Shown here: piece by piece, positions 41,601 to 51,384 of the stretch
How the letters are laid out: every line of letters begins with the position of its first letter
How positions within the stretch are numbered: position 1 is the first letter of the stretch
DNA from: an uncultured Nitrospirota bacterium
Lineage (GTDB): Bacteria > Nitrospinota > Nitrospinia > CAJXCL01
Direction: 5' to 3'
Assembly: GCA_913051775.1 (NCBI GenBank)
Contig: CAJXCL010000002.1
Location: 18,307 to 82,306 of the forward strand
Length of the DNA stretch: 64,000 bases
Made by a program: the position numbers and the translations under genes
Notes under the pieces: model-generated
The model's database searches: none
What the model saw: only the letters and a program-made list of their open reading frames with translations
What the model was told of the DNA's origin: nothing

Positions 41601-42686
41601 ATGAATATTAAACGAAGAAAAGCGCGCGTAGTTCATGTTGGCCCTGTGGCAATTGGGGGTAACCATCCCATCTCTGTGCAATCTATGACCAATACAGACA
41701 CCCGTGATGTGGGAGCAACATTAGCTCAGATCGTGGAATTGGAAAAAGCAGGGTGTGAAATTATCCGGCTTGGTATTCCTGATATGGATGCCGCGGAAAA
41801 ATTCGGCGAAATCAAAGGCAGAACAAAAGCCCCGTTGATCGCAGATATTCATTTTGATTATAAACTGGCTCTTAAAGTAATTGAAAAAGGGGTCGATGGT
41901 TTAAGGATTAATCCCGGAAACATTGGAGAAAAAAAGCGGGTGCAGAAGGTTGTGGAAGCTGCGGGGAAAAACAACCTGTCTATTAGAATAGGAGTTAATG
42001 CCGGTTCCCTGGAAAAAGATTTGGAAGGAAAATATAAAGAAAATATCTCGGAAACCATGAGAATAAGCGCGCTGAAACATATCCGAATTTTAGAAGAAAT
42101 GGATTTTTATGATATTAAAATCTCTTTAAAAGCTTCCAATGTTTTAGAAACTATTGAGGCATATCAGCTCCTCGCGAAAGACGTGGACTATCCTTTTCAT
42201 ATAGGGATTAGCGAATCAGGCACGCTTTATTCCGGAACCATTAAATCTTCTGTTGGATTAGGGATTTTATTGGCCCAGGGTATTGGGGATACAATACGGG
42301 TCTCTTTAACCAGCAATCCTGTGGATGAGGTGAAGGCCGGTTTTGAAATTCTGAAGGCACTGGGTCTTAGAAAAAAAGGGATCAATATTATCTCCTGCCC
42401 CACTTGCAGCAGACAGGAAATTGATGTAATTTCTTTAGCCTCTGAAGTAGAAAAACGCTTGTCACATATTAAAAAACCGGTTGATATCGCAGTAATGGGG
42501 TGTGTGGTCAATGGCCCCGGAGAATCCAAACGCGCGGATATTGGCGTGGCCGGAGGTAAGAATTTAGGCGTTATTTATAAAAAAGGAAAGATTATTAAAA
42601 AAGTAAAGTTGGAAACCCGTCAACAACAGGAGAAGTTGATCGAAGATCTGCAGCGCGAAATTAACAAAACATCAGAGAATAGTTGA
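41601..42686 (+). CDS. ispG: 4-hydroxy-3-methylbut-2-en-1-yl diphosphate synthase (IspG/GcpE)
   Basis: MNIKRRKARVVHVGPVAIGGNHPISVQSMT N-terminus and a C-terminal Cys cluster (CPTC…C). The ATG at 41601 is preferred over the track's 41577. Confidence 0.9.
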   Translation: MNIKRRKARVVHVGPVAIGGNHPISVQSMTNTDTRDVGATLAQIVELEKAGCEIIRLGIPDMDAAEKFGEIKGRTKAPLIADIHFDYKLALKVIEKGVDGLRINPGNIGEKKRVQKVVEAAGKNNLSIRIGVNAGSLEKDLEGKYKENISETMRISALKHIRILEEMDFYDIKISLKASNVLETIEAYQLLAKDVDYPFHIGISESGTLYSGTIKSSVGLGILLAQGIGDTIRVSLTSNPVDEVKAGFEILKALGLRKKGINIISCPTCSRQEIDVISLASEVEKRLSHIKKPVDIAVMGCVVNGPGESKRADIGVAGGKNLGVIYKKGKIIKKVKLETRQQQEKLIEDLQREINKTSENS

Positions 42687-42707
42687 CAAGGGTCAGTTTG
42701 TAAAATA

Positions 42708-42837
42708 TTTGACGGAATATTCAGGATAAACTGGATGTAGTCCTTTTTTAGGAGTGCATCACCTGAGGTGATGCAATATGCAATGTCCCAGACATTTCCT
42801 CCAAAAAAATCTTGTTAATCCTGTAATCGTGTCAAAA
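42708..42837. repeat. MITE-like element family B, between ispG and proS
   Basis: Left tttgacggaatattcaggataaac. Core perfect palindrome gcatcacctgaggtgatgc. Right cttgttaatcctgtaatcgtgtcaaaa is the reverse complement of tttgacacgattacaggattaacaag. Confidence 0.65.
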
Positions 42838-42842
42838 TAGTT

Positions 42843-44552
42843 ATGAGATATTCACAATTATTCATACCCACATTAAAAGAAACTCCTGCGGAAGCTGAAG
42901 TTACCAGCCATAAGTTGATGATTCGCGCGGGCATGATACGAAAACTTGCCGCGGGAATATATTCTACCCTTCCTTTAGGACTCCGGGTTTTGCGGAATGT
43001 GGAAAATATTATTCGAGAAGAAATGAATGCAACAGGAGCGCAAGAAGTTTTCCTGCCGTGCATTCAGCCGGCTGAACTGTGGCAGGAAAGTGGCAGATGG
43101 AAGTTGTATGGAAAAGATCTGCTGCGGATTAAAGACCGGCATGATAGGGATTTTTGTTTTGGACCCACTCATGAAGAAGTTATAACGGATATCCTTAGAA
43201 AAGAAGTGCGATCTTACCGACAGTTGCCTATCAGCTTTTACCAGATACAAACAAAATTTCGAGATGAGATACGTCCCCGCTTCGGTGTTATGCGCGGCAG
43301 GGAATTTATGATGAAAGACGCCTATAGCTTTGATTGCGATGAGGAAGGTGCGGAAAGGGCTTACAAAAAAATGTATCAGGCATACTGCAATATTTTTAAA
43401 CGGTGCGGATTAAGTTTTAAAGCTGTGGAAGCAGATTCAGGAACTATTGGAGGGAGTTATTCTCATGAGTTTATGGTTATGGCAGATTCAGGAGAGGAAG
43501 CAATCGCATTCTGCGATAAATGTGATTACGCGGCTAATCTCGAAAAAGCGGAAATCAAGGCTACTGATAGTTATAAAAAAAACGAAAAGAAAAAATTAAA
43601 ATCCGTAGAAACTCCCGGAATGACTAGTGTCGAAGAAGTCTCTTCTTTTTTAAAGGTAACACCGAAAGATCTCGCAAAAACTCTGCTATTTGAAACTGAA
43701 AAAGGCACGGTAGCCGCAATGGTCAGGGGAGACCACCAGATTAATGAGATTAAACTTAAAAATATTACCGGCTGTTCCGAAATCAATCTGGCACGCGAAG
43801 AAGTGGTAAAAGAAATAAGTGGCGCTCCCACAGGATTTACTGGACCGATGGGTTTAAAAATTGCCGTCTTCGCGGACCATGCTATTCAACAGGGAACTAA
43901 CTTTGTAACTGGCGCTAACAAAGCCGATTACCACTTATTAAATGTTAATGAGGGCAGAGATTTCAGCGTTAAGAACTTCTGTGATATACGAAATGTAGAA
44001 GACGGTGATCCGTGCCCTAAATGTTCAGGCCAAACACAACTTAAAAGAGGAATTGAGGTAGGCCATGTCTTTAAATTAGGAGAAAAATACAGCAAATCAT
44101 TAAAAGCAACATTTCTGGATAAAGACGGGAAAGAAAAATATTTTGTAATGGGTTGTTATGGTATCGGTGTTGGAAGAACTATGGCTGCCGCAATCGAACA
44201 GAACTTTGATCAGGACGGCATTATCTGGCCTATTCCAATAGCGCCATTTCAGGTTATGGTTATACCATTAAATGTTAATAGTAAAGAAATTTCTAATGCG
44301 GCTGACAAAATATATGATCACTTATTGAAAGACAAAATAGAGGTTCTAATAGATGACCGCGATGAAAGGCCGGGAGTAAAATTCAAAGACGCAGATTTGC
44401 TCGGCATTCCCTTGCAGATCATTATTGGAGACAGAACCCTCAAAGAAAGCGCAGTTGAATTGAAGATTAGAAAGGATAAAAAAATAGAAAAAGTTGGCAT
44501 TGACAAAATAGCTAAAAGAATCGTTCGGCTTCTTGTGTCTGATCAATTATAA
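42843..44552 (+). CDS. proS: Prolyl-tRNA synthetase (bacterial type with editing domain)
   Basis: MRYSQLFIPTLKETPAEAEVTSHKLMIRAGMIRKLAAGIY and class II synthetase motifs. Confidence 0.95.
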   Translation: MRYSQLFIPTLKETPAEAEVTSHKLMIRAGMIRKLAAGIYSTLPLGLRVLRNVENIIREEMNATGAQEVFLPCIQPAELWQESGRWKLYGKDLLRIKDRHDRDFCFGPTHEEVITDILRKEVRSYRQLPISFYQIQTKFRDEIRPRFGVMRGREFMMKDAYSFDCDEEGAERAYKKMYQAYCNIFKRCGLSFKAVEADSGTIGGSYSHEFMVMADSGEEAIAFCDKCDYAANLEKAEIKATDSYKKNEKKKLKSVETPGMTSVEEVSSFLKVTPKDLAKTLLFETEKGTVAAMVRGDHQINEIKLKNITGCSEINLAREEVVKEISGAPTGFTGPMGLKIAVFADHAIQQGTNFVTGANKADYHLLNVNEGRDFSVKNFCDIRNVEDGDPCPKCSGQTQLKRGIEVGHVFKLGEKYSKSLKATFLDKDGKEKYFVMGCYGIGVGRTMAAAIEQNFDQDGIIWPIPIAPFQVMVIPLNVNSKEISNAADKIYDHLLKDKIEVLIDDRDERPGVKFKDADLLGIPLQIIIGDRTLKESAVELKIRKDKKIEKVGIDKIAKRIVRLLVSDQL

Positions 44553-45210
44553 GGTAATCAAATAGACCACTGAAAACACTCTCCTAGCGCCCCTAAATGC
44601 AGTCTATAAACTAAACCACCATGTTATTTCTACAAACGAAGAAGTTAAAAGTTATTCTGACAACTAAGAGGGACTATTTTAAACCAGCAGAGCGTTCAGA
44701 AAAATATGGTTCTTTATTTGCGTTAGTCAGTAAAGCGTTTACAGAAGGCCTTCTGGTTCAAAGAACTACGCAGCCATATTCTCCACCTCCTTTCCGTCAC
44801 TTTGCACATATTGTTTGTAGAGATCAAGTCCCTCACAAAAAGTATCAATTAGGGTGTTTCCTTTTGCAACACTTTCCCTTTGTCATTATATGTTACTTTG
44901 CTGATCATTCCTAATAAACCGTCAAAATTGAAATGTCGGCTTGAGTAAGGTGCCGGAAATCAGAGGACACGTAACAAAAAAAGTACATGTTTCTCCATGG
45001 GAAAATCGAAATTTAGGCTTGACTTGTTAGATTAATTTTAAGCCCTTGATTGCCCAAGATTAAGAGAAATTGCAGGTTTTATTCATTTGTAGTACGGAAG
45101 ATACTTCTTAAATTTGTACCATCCTTCAAAAACTTCCCCATCTGCTTTTTTTGCTTGCCAGAATGCTTAAAATATGATAATATTACGAGTTTTAAAAATT
45201 TGGTCTACTA

Positions 45211-45242
45211 ACAAAAAGTGGGCTCATGAGCCCACTTTTTTT
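45211..45242. terminator. Bidirectional intrinsic-terminator-like palindrome upstream of rimP
   Basis: aaaaagtgggctcatgagcccactttttttg is a perfect palindrome with A-run/T-run flanks. Confidence 0.55.
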
Positions 45243-45296
45243 GTTTGGACTTGTTTATTAAAAAATAGAAAATCAACTGAAATTTTGGGCGTAAGT

Positions 45297-45758
45297 ATTG
45301 AAAATTTAAGCATTAACAAAAAAATTCAAAGTGTTTTGAGGCCAATTGTAGAAGCTGAAGAAATGGAACTGGTTGAGGTGGAATATAAAAGGGGGCCAAA
45401 TGGGGTTCTCAGAATATTTATTGATAAAATAGGGGGGGTTAATGTTTCAGATTGTGCAAAAATAAGTACCCAGGTGCGAGCATTTCTCGATATTGAAAAC
45501 TTAATTGAAAATAATTATGTTTTGGAAGTCTCCTCTCCTGGATTAGATAGACCTTTAAAAAATAAAGCGGATTATGACCGAAATAAAGGAAAGCTGATAA
45601 AAGTTTCTCTTTATGCGCCGTTGGAAGGCAAAAAAACATTTACCGGACGAGTTATTAGCGCTGACGACCAGAAAATTGTTTTAAAAGAAAAATTAGATAA
45701 AATTATCAATATCCCATTTGCCGTCATTGCAAAAGGGATATTGGAAATAGAATTTTAA
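45297..45758 (+). CDS. rimP: Ribosome maturation factor RimP; start uncertain
   Basis: …IQSVLRPIVEAEEMELVEVEY…LEVSSPGLDRPL… is RimP-like. A perfect terminator-like palindrome at ~45211-45242 lies inside the track's N-terminal extension, so the real start is downstream of it. No canonical in-frame start exists before the conserved N-terminal region. An ATT at 45297/45312 or the TTG at 45336 are candidates. Confidence 0.6.
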   Translation: MENLSINKKIQSVLRPIVEAEEMELVEVEYKRGPNGVLRIFIDKIGGVNVSDCAKISTQVRAFLDIENLIENNYVLEVSSPGLDRPLKNKADYDRNKGKLIKVSLYAPLEGKKTFTGRVISADDQKIVLKEKLDKIINIPFAVIAKGILEIEF

Positions 45759-45779
45759 AAAATATTAAGGAGTGGTGGC

Positions 45780-47294
45780 ATGAGTGTAGAATTGCTCCAT
45801 ATTATTGACCAGGTTGGACGGGAGAAAGGGATCGACCCTTCTATTCTTGTTGAGGCGCTTGAAGAGGCGGTGCTATCAGCATGTAAAAAGAAGTACTCTT
45901 ATGAAAACTTAGAGACTCTGTTTAATAAAAAGACCGGTGAAGTAGAACTGTTTTTATGCAAACAGGTCGTAGAAACTGTTGAAGATGCTGATAAAGAAAT
46001 GGATTTAAAAAGTGCAAAGAAAATTGATTCAAAAGCAAAACTCGAAGATAGAATAAGAATTTCTTTTGGGGCGGGACCTTTAGGCAGAGTTGCAGCGCAA
46101 GTTGCCAAACAGGTAATAATACAAAAAGTAAGGGAAGCTGAAACCGATATTGTGCTAAAGGAATTTAGTGAGAAAAAAGGTGAGCTGGTGACTGGTGTTA
46201 TTCTACACCAGGAAAGGGGAGATATCATAGTTGACCTTGGAAAAGCTGAAGGGATTTTACCCAAAAAAGAACAAGTTTATAAAGAAGATTTCAAAAGAGG
46301 GGAACGTATGAAGGCTTTCTTGCTGGATGTGAGAAGAAGCGGAAAAGGAGCCCAGGTGATTTTATCACGTACACACCCTGGACTTCTTATAAACCTTTTT
46401 CAAATGGAAGTTCCTGAAATATCTGAGGGAATTGTAGAAGTAAAAGGAGCGGTTAGAGAACCGAATGGACGCTCAAAGATTGCAGTTCTTTCCAAAGAGA
46501 AAAGCATTGACGCAGTTGGTTCATGCGTGGGAATGCGTGGAGTTAGAGTGCAAGCTGTTGTGGCAGAACTGAGAGGAGAAAAAGTTGATATCATCCAGTG
46601 GTCTGATAATCCGACTGTCTTTGCTAAAAATGCATTGAGCCCGGCAAAAATTGCTACTATAGTTCCAAATGAAAATGAAAAACATTTGCTTGTTATAGTA
46701 CCAGACGACCAGCTTTCATTAGCGATTGGGAAAAGGGGTCAAAATGTTCGGCTGGCATCCCGGCTTTTAAGCTGGAGCATTGACATTAAAAGTGAATCTG
46801 AATATCAAAAGGGTTTGGAGGATAAAGGTGCTTTATCGGCTGTCAGTGATTCCAAATTTATAAAAGAATTGTGCAAGGTTTCCGGTTTAGGCAATGCTAT
46901 TGCCAATCTGCTCATTGAACACAATTTGATCGAACCTGGAAAAATTGAAGAAATAGGCACAGAAGGTTTAACCAAAATTTCTGGCATTGGATTGAAAACG
47001 GCTGAAAAAATTGTAGAGATTTGCCAGGACTTTAAATCCAAAGCAACGGTGCTTCTGGAAACAGACATTGAAAAACTTGAAACATCCGATATCGACGATT
47101 ATCCGATAGATGAGCTTAAAGGAATCGGCAAGAAAACTCTGGATATTCTTAATGCTAATGGTTATCAAACTGTAGCAGAATTATCGGTAGCGGAAATTGA
47201 AGAACTAATATCTTTTGAAGGAATTGGCGCCAAAAAAGCTGAATCAATATTAAAAAACGCCCAAGAATTTATGGCAAAACATGAAAATGCTTAG
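45780..47294 (+). CDS. nusA: Transcription termination/antitermination factor NusA (with C-terminal HhH/AR repeats)
   Basis: MSVELLHIIDQVGREKGIDPSILVEALEEAV, plus S1 and KH regions. RBS aaggag upstream. Confidence 0.95.
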   Translation: MSVELLHIIDQVGREKGIDPSILVEALEEAVLSACKKKYSYENLETLFNKKTGEVELFLCKQVVETVEDADKEMDLKSAKKIDSKAKLEDRIRISFGAGPLGRVAAQVAKQVIIQKVREAETDIVLKEFSEKKGELVTGVILHQERGDIIVDLGKAEGILPKKEQVYKEDFKRGERMKAFLLDVRRSGKGAQVILSRTHPGLLINLFQMEVPEISEGIVEVKGAVREPNGRSKIAVLSKEKSIDAVGSCVGMRGVRVQAVVAELRGEKVDIIQWSDNPTVFAKNALSPAKIATIVPNENEKHLLVIVPDDQLSLAIGKRGQNVRLASRLLSWSIDIKSESEYQKGLEDKGALSAVSDSKFIKELCKVSGLGNAIANLLIEHNLIEPGKIEEIGTEGLTKISGIGLKTAEKIVEICQDFKSKATVLLETDIEKLETSDIDDYPIDELKGIGKKTLDILNANGYQTVAELSVAEIEELISFEGIGAKKAESILKNAQEFMAKHENA

Positions 47295-47335
47295 TTCTAC
47301 AAAACCGCTTTAAATCTTCAATAATTATTTAATGT

Positions 47336-49408
47336 GTGCAAATGGGAAAAACTCGAGTATATAAATTGGCAACGGAGTTAGGGATATCGAATAAAGAATT
47401 AATCTCTGAGTTGGTAAGTTTAGGTTATCCCGTTAAAAACCGTATGAGTACCGTGGATATAGATGAGGTTTTTAAAATACGGGAAACCATCATAGCTAAA
47501 CTTAAAGAAGCTGAAAAAAAAGATATCAAACCTAAGCCGGCTACTCAAATATCGGAAACAGTTGCAGTTGAACCAAAGCCTCACCCCGATAAGGCTGTTG
47601 AAACTGAAACAGTACTAAAAGAAACTACTGCTGAAACTGAGGAAGCTCTTGAAGTAATTGAAATCCGTGAAAATATTACTCTGAAAGAGTTTGCTGAAAA
47701 AACGAAGTGCACCCCAAATGAACTAATGAAATCATTGATTAAAAAAGGGGTGATGGCCACTATCAATTCCCCCATTGATGAAAGAATAGCCAAAGTATCA
47801 GAACATATTTTTAAGAAATCCTTTAAGTTTATTCCACTTGAAGCAGATGAAATTTTCGACGATATTCTTGAGGAAGAAGAAAATGCTGATGACTACGTGC
47901 CCAGACCTCCTGTGGTAACCATTATGGGGCATGTGGATCATGGAAAAACTACATTACTGGACGCTATCAGAGAAAGCAAAATAACCGAAAAAGAAGCAGG
48001 AGGAATTACCCAGCACATTGGGGCTTATGAAATTTCTCACGAAAAAGGTCCTGTTGTCTTTTTAGATACGCCAGGACATGAGGCTTTTACGGCAATGAGG
48101 GCAAGAGGCGCACAGGTAACGGATATTGTAATACTCGTTGTAGCAGCTGATGACGGTCTTATGCCTCAAACCATTGAAGCCATTCACCACGCTCGAGCAG
48201 GAAATGTGCCTATTGTTGTGGCTATTAATAAAATTGACAAACCTAATGTTAATATCGAAAAAATCAAAAAAGATTTAACAGAGCACGATTTGGCTCCTGA
48301 AGAGTGGGGTGGACAAACAATATTTGCTGAAGTTTCCGCAAAAAATAAAATCGGATTGGACAATTTAATGGAAATGATCTTGCTGCAAACTGAGATTATG
48401 GAGTTGAAGGGAAATCCAAAAGTAAAAGGAAGGGGAACAATTATTGAATCCAAATTGGATAAAAGAAGGGGCGCTGTTGCTACGCTTATTGTTCAAAAAG
48501 GTGTTTTGAAAAACGGAGACTCGTTTGTTGCCGGATCAACTTATGGGAAAATAAGGGCGCTATTAAACGATAAAGGAACAAAAATCAAAAATGCCGAAAT
48601 CTCATCCCCTGTCGAGATAATCGGATTGTCATCAGTCCCAGCGGCGGGAGATTCCTTCATTGTGGTTAATAATGAAAAAGAAGCTCGCCACATTGCTACA
48701 GCAAGGCAGCAAAAACTTAAAGAAACTTTTTTAAAGAGATCTGTAACCAGAATTACGCTTGAGGATCTCAGAAATCAAATTGATGAGGGAAAGATTGAGG
48801 AACTGAATGTTGTAATAAAGGCTGATGTAGACGGCTCTGTCCAGGCAATTTCAGATTCGCTTCTGAAAATAGGCTCTGACGAAGTTAGGATTAAAATAAT
48901 TCATAGCTCTGTGGGGGGAGTTACCGAGTCGGATGTCCTGCTCGCAGAAGCTTCAAATGCTGTTATTATTGGATTTCATGTCAGACCGACCGAACAAGCG
49001 GCAACGCTTGCTGGAAATGAAAAAGTAGAAATGAAGCTTTATTCTGTTATATATGATGTTATCAATGATTTTAAGGCCGCTTTGGAAGGATTATTAAAAC
49101 CAAGGTTGGTGGAAAAACGCTTGGGAAGGGTAGAAGTCCGTCAAGTTATTTCAATACCAAGGGCAGGGGTTGTTTGCGGAAGTTATGTTTTGGACGGCAA
49201 TATTAAAAGAAATTCAGATGCAAGGCTTGTCCGGGATAGTGTTGTTATCTACGAAGGCAAGATCGCTTCATTAAGACGATTTAAAGATGATGTGAAGGAG
49301 GTGCAATCCGGGTTTGAGTGTGGAGTTGTACTGGAAAATTTTCAAGATATAAAACAGGGTGATATTATCGAGACCTATTATTTTGAAGAAATTGCTCGAA
49401 AACTATAG
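47336..49408 (+). CDS. infB: Translation initiation factor IF-2
   Basis: G domain [20 protein letters not shown]…DTPGHEAF…NKID. Confidence 0.95.
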   Translation: MQMGKTRVYKLATELGISNKELISELVSLGYPVKNRMSTVDIDEVFKIRETIIAKLKEAEKKDIKPKPATQISETVAVEPKPHPDKAVETETVLKETTAETEEALEVIEIRENITLKEFAEKTKCTPNELMKSLIKKGVMATINSPIDERIAKVSEHIFKKSFKFIPLEADEIFDDILEEEENADDYVPRPPVVTIMGHVDHGKTTLLDAIRESKITEKEAGGITQHIGAYEISHEKGPVVFLDTPGHEAFTAMRARGAQVTDIVILVVAADDGLMPQTIEAIHHARAGNVPIVVAINKIDKPNVNIEKIKKDLTEHDLAPEEWGGQTIFAEVSAKNKIGLDNLMEMILLQTEIMELKGNPKVKGRGTIIESKLDKRRGAVATLIVQKGVLKNGDSFVAGSTYGKIRALLNDKGTKIKNAEISSPVEIIGLSSVPAAGDSFIVVNNEKEARHIATARQQKLKETFLKRSVTRITLEDLRNQIDEGKIEELNVVIKADVDGSVQAISDSLLKIGSDEVRIKIIHSSVGGVTESDVLLAEASNAVIIGFHVRPTEQAATLAGNEKVEMKLYSVIYDVINDFKAALEGLLKPRLVEKRLGRVEVRQVISIPRAGVVCGSYVLDGNIKRNSDARLVRDSVVIYEGKIASLRRFKDDVKEVQSGFECGVVLENFQDIKQGDIIETYYFEEIARKL

Positions 49409-49422
49409 ATTTTCATCTATAT

Positions 49423-49453
49423 GATTACACAGATTTTTTTAATCTGTGTAATC
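49423..49453 (+). terminator. Perfect 13-bp stem-loop between infB and the DUF503 gene; candidate attenuator or processing hairpin
   Basis: gattacacagatt-ttttt-aatctgtgtaatc. Confidence 0.4.
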
Positions 49454-49468
49454 AAAATTTAATTAAAT

Positions 49469-49750
49469 ATGATTGTTGGAACCTGTTGGGTGAAGTTATT
49501 CCTTCATGAAAATAATTCCTTGAAAGGGAAACGCAAAGTAGTTAAAAGCATTAAAGATAGGATTAGAAGTAAGTTCAATGTTTCCATTACGGAAATAGAC
49601 AGCCATGATGATTGGGAAAAGATCGTTTTAGGAATAGCCACTGTGAGTAATGATCAAAAATTTATTAATAAAGTACTGGATAATATAATTAATTCTATTG
49701 ACTCCATGCACCTTGCTGAAATGTTGGATTACAAAATTGAGATACTTTAA
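49469..49750 (+). CDS. DUF503 (YlxP-like) protein of the nusA-infB operon
   Basis: 93 aa with the typical DUF503 N-terminus (…LKGKRKVVKSIKDRIRSKFNVS…), sitting in the conserved position between infB and rbfA. Confidence 0.6.
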   Translation: MIVGTCWVKLFLHENNSLKGKRKVVKSIKDRIRSKFNVSITEIDSHDDWEKIVLGIATVSNDQKFINKVLDNIINSIDSMHLAEMLDYKIEIL

Positions 49751-49752
49751 CC

Positions 49753-50118
49753 ATGGAATTTAAAAGAGCTCAGAGAGTTGAGGGATTAGTCCTGGAAGAG
49801 ATTTCAAAAATTCTTCAAAATAAGATTAAAGATCCCCGTATTGGATTTGCTACAATTACAAAGGTAACCATGTCAGATGATCTTCGAAACGCGAAAGTCT
49901 TTGTGAGTATTATGGGTAATGAAAAAGAAAAAAAGAATTCTCTTAAAGGTCTTCATAGTGCCACAGGATTTATCAGGAAAGAATTAGCACATAGAGTACA
50001 TCTGAGACATGTTCCAGAGCTGGTTTTTAAGTTAGACGATTCAATGGAAAAAAGCGCTAAAATATTAAATATTCTTTCCGATTTAAAAGAAGCGGAGTGC
50101 CGTGAACGGAATAATTAA
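49753..50118 (+). CDS. rbfA: Ribosome-binding factor A
   Basis: KRAQRVEGLVLEEIS…DPRIGFATITKVTMSDDLRNAKVFVSI…. Confidence 0.85.
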   Translation: MEFKRAQRVEGLVLEEISKILQNKIKDPRIGFATITKVTMSDDLRNAKVFVSIMGNEKEKKNSLKGLHSATGFIRKELAHRVHLRHVPELVFKLDDSMEKSAKILNILSDLKEAECRERNN

Positions 50119-51031
50119 TTTTAACAAGCCTGTCGGTATAACTTCCTGCAGAGCAATAAATCATGTAAAAAAAGCCTTCCATTCTAAAAAAGCGGGCCAT
50201 ACGGGAACTCTTGATCCAAATGCAAACGGTGTCCTCCCTATCTGCATTGGCAAAGCCACTCAAATAGTCCAGTTTGCTATTCACCTTCCAAAAACTTATT
50301 GTGGCAAAATGCGGCTTGGTATCAGGACTGATAGTCAGGATGCAGATGGAAAAATTATTTCAGAATCATCTTGTGAGAAAATTCATCTGGAGCTTTTAAA
50401 AAATATATTTCAAAAATATACCGGGTCAATAGAACAAATACCACCCATGTTCTCTGCTGTTAGAGTTAATGGAAGAAGACTTTATACGCTAGCAAGAAAA
50501 GGAATCTCCATTGCCAGAAATCCAAAAAAAGTTCATATCTATTATTTGAAATTGCTGGATTACGAGGATGACCTGGTAACTTTTGAAACAAAAACATCCG
50601 CAGGAACCTATGTTCGGACATTGTGTGACGACATAGGGAATGAGCTCGGCTGTGGAGCTTATCTTGCAGAATTAACTAGAACCAGAGTTGGAGGATTAAA
50701 AATAGAGGATTCTATAACTATAGAAGATATTAACCGGTCAACCATTGGAAATGGTTTGAAGGATACGATTTATTCTATTGACAGAGCTCTTTCGTTTTTC
50801 CCTTCTGTTAAAATCAAAAAGGAAAGAGAAAAATTTGTTTTACTTGAGAGGAAAATCACGCGGGAAAGCATTGAAGATATTAATGGAGAATCCGATACCG
50901 GAGAATATTTCCGAATACACAATTTTTCAGGTAAATTATTGGGCATAGCGAGTTCTTTGTTGAATACGACACCTCTCTCTTCCTGTCATAAACAGGAGGT
51001 TTGTTTTAAATTTAAAAAGTTGTTGGTATAA
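50102..51031 (+). CDS. truB: tRNA pseudouridine(55) synthase with C-terminal PUA domain
   Basis: INFNKPVGITS…KAGHTGTLDPNANGVL (catalytic Asp in TGTLDP). GTG start overlaps the rbfA end. Confidence 0.9.
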   Translation: MNGIINFNKPVGITSCRAINHVKKAFHSKKAGHTGTLDPNANGVLPICIGKATQIVQFAIHLPKTYCGKMRLGIRTDSQDADGKIISESSCEKIHLELLKNIFQKYTGSIEQIPPMFSAVRVNGRRLYTLARKGISIARNPKKVHIYYLKLLDYEDDLVTFETKTSAGTYVRTLCDDIGNELGCGAYLAELTRTRVGGLKIEDSITIEDINRSTIGNGLKDTIYSIDRALSFFPSVKIKKEREKFVLLERKITRESIEDINGESDTGEYFRIHNFSGKLLGIASSLLNTTPLSSCHKQEVCFKFKKLLV

Positions 51032-51057
51032 ACTATAACTAAATAAGGAGAATTATA

Positions 51058-51327
51058 ATGCCTATTGCAAGTAACAAGAAAAATGAAATTATTGACAGTA
51101 ATAAATTGCATGAAAAAGACACCGGTTCTTCTGAAGTTCAGGTTGCGCTTCTCAGCGAAAGAATTTCTTACCTAACAGAGCACTTTAAAACTCATAAGAA
51201 GGACCACCATTCCAGGAGAGGGCTGATAATAATGGTTAGCCAGAGAAGGAAGCTCTTGAAATACTTGAAAAGGAATGATGAAAAAAGATACAAAGCTATT
51301 ATCAAAAAATTAGGAATTCGCGGATAA
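51058..51327 (+). CDS. rpsO: 30S ribosomal protein S15
   Basis: …[34 protein letters not shown]…. Confidence 0.95.
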   Translation: MPIASNKKNEIIDSNKLHEKDTGSSEVQVALLSERISYLTEHFKTHKKDHHSRRGLIIMVSQRRKLLKYLKRNDEKRYKAIIKKLGIRG

Positions 51328-51384
51328 CCGGAAAAAAATAATGAGTTATTATATGAGTTATTATATTACTTGAAAGGAGATTTA

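Noticed and set aside
44621-44914. 97-aa ORF in the proS-rimP gap
   Set aside because: F/H/C-rich composition unlike neighbouring proteins, no RBS, and no recognisable domain. Treated as non-coding; see the ncRNA-candidate finding.
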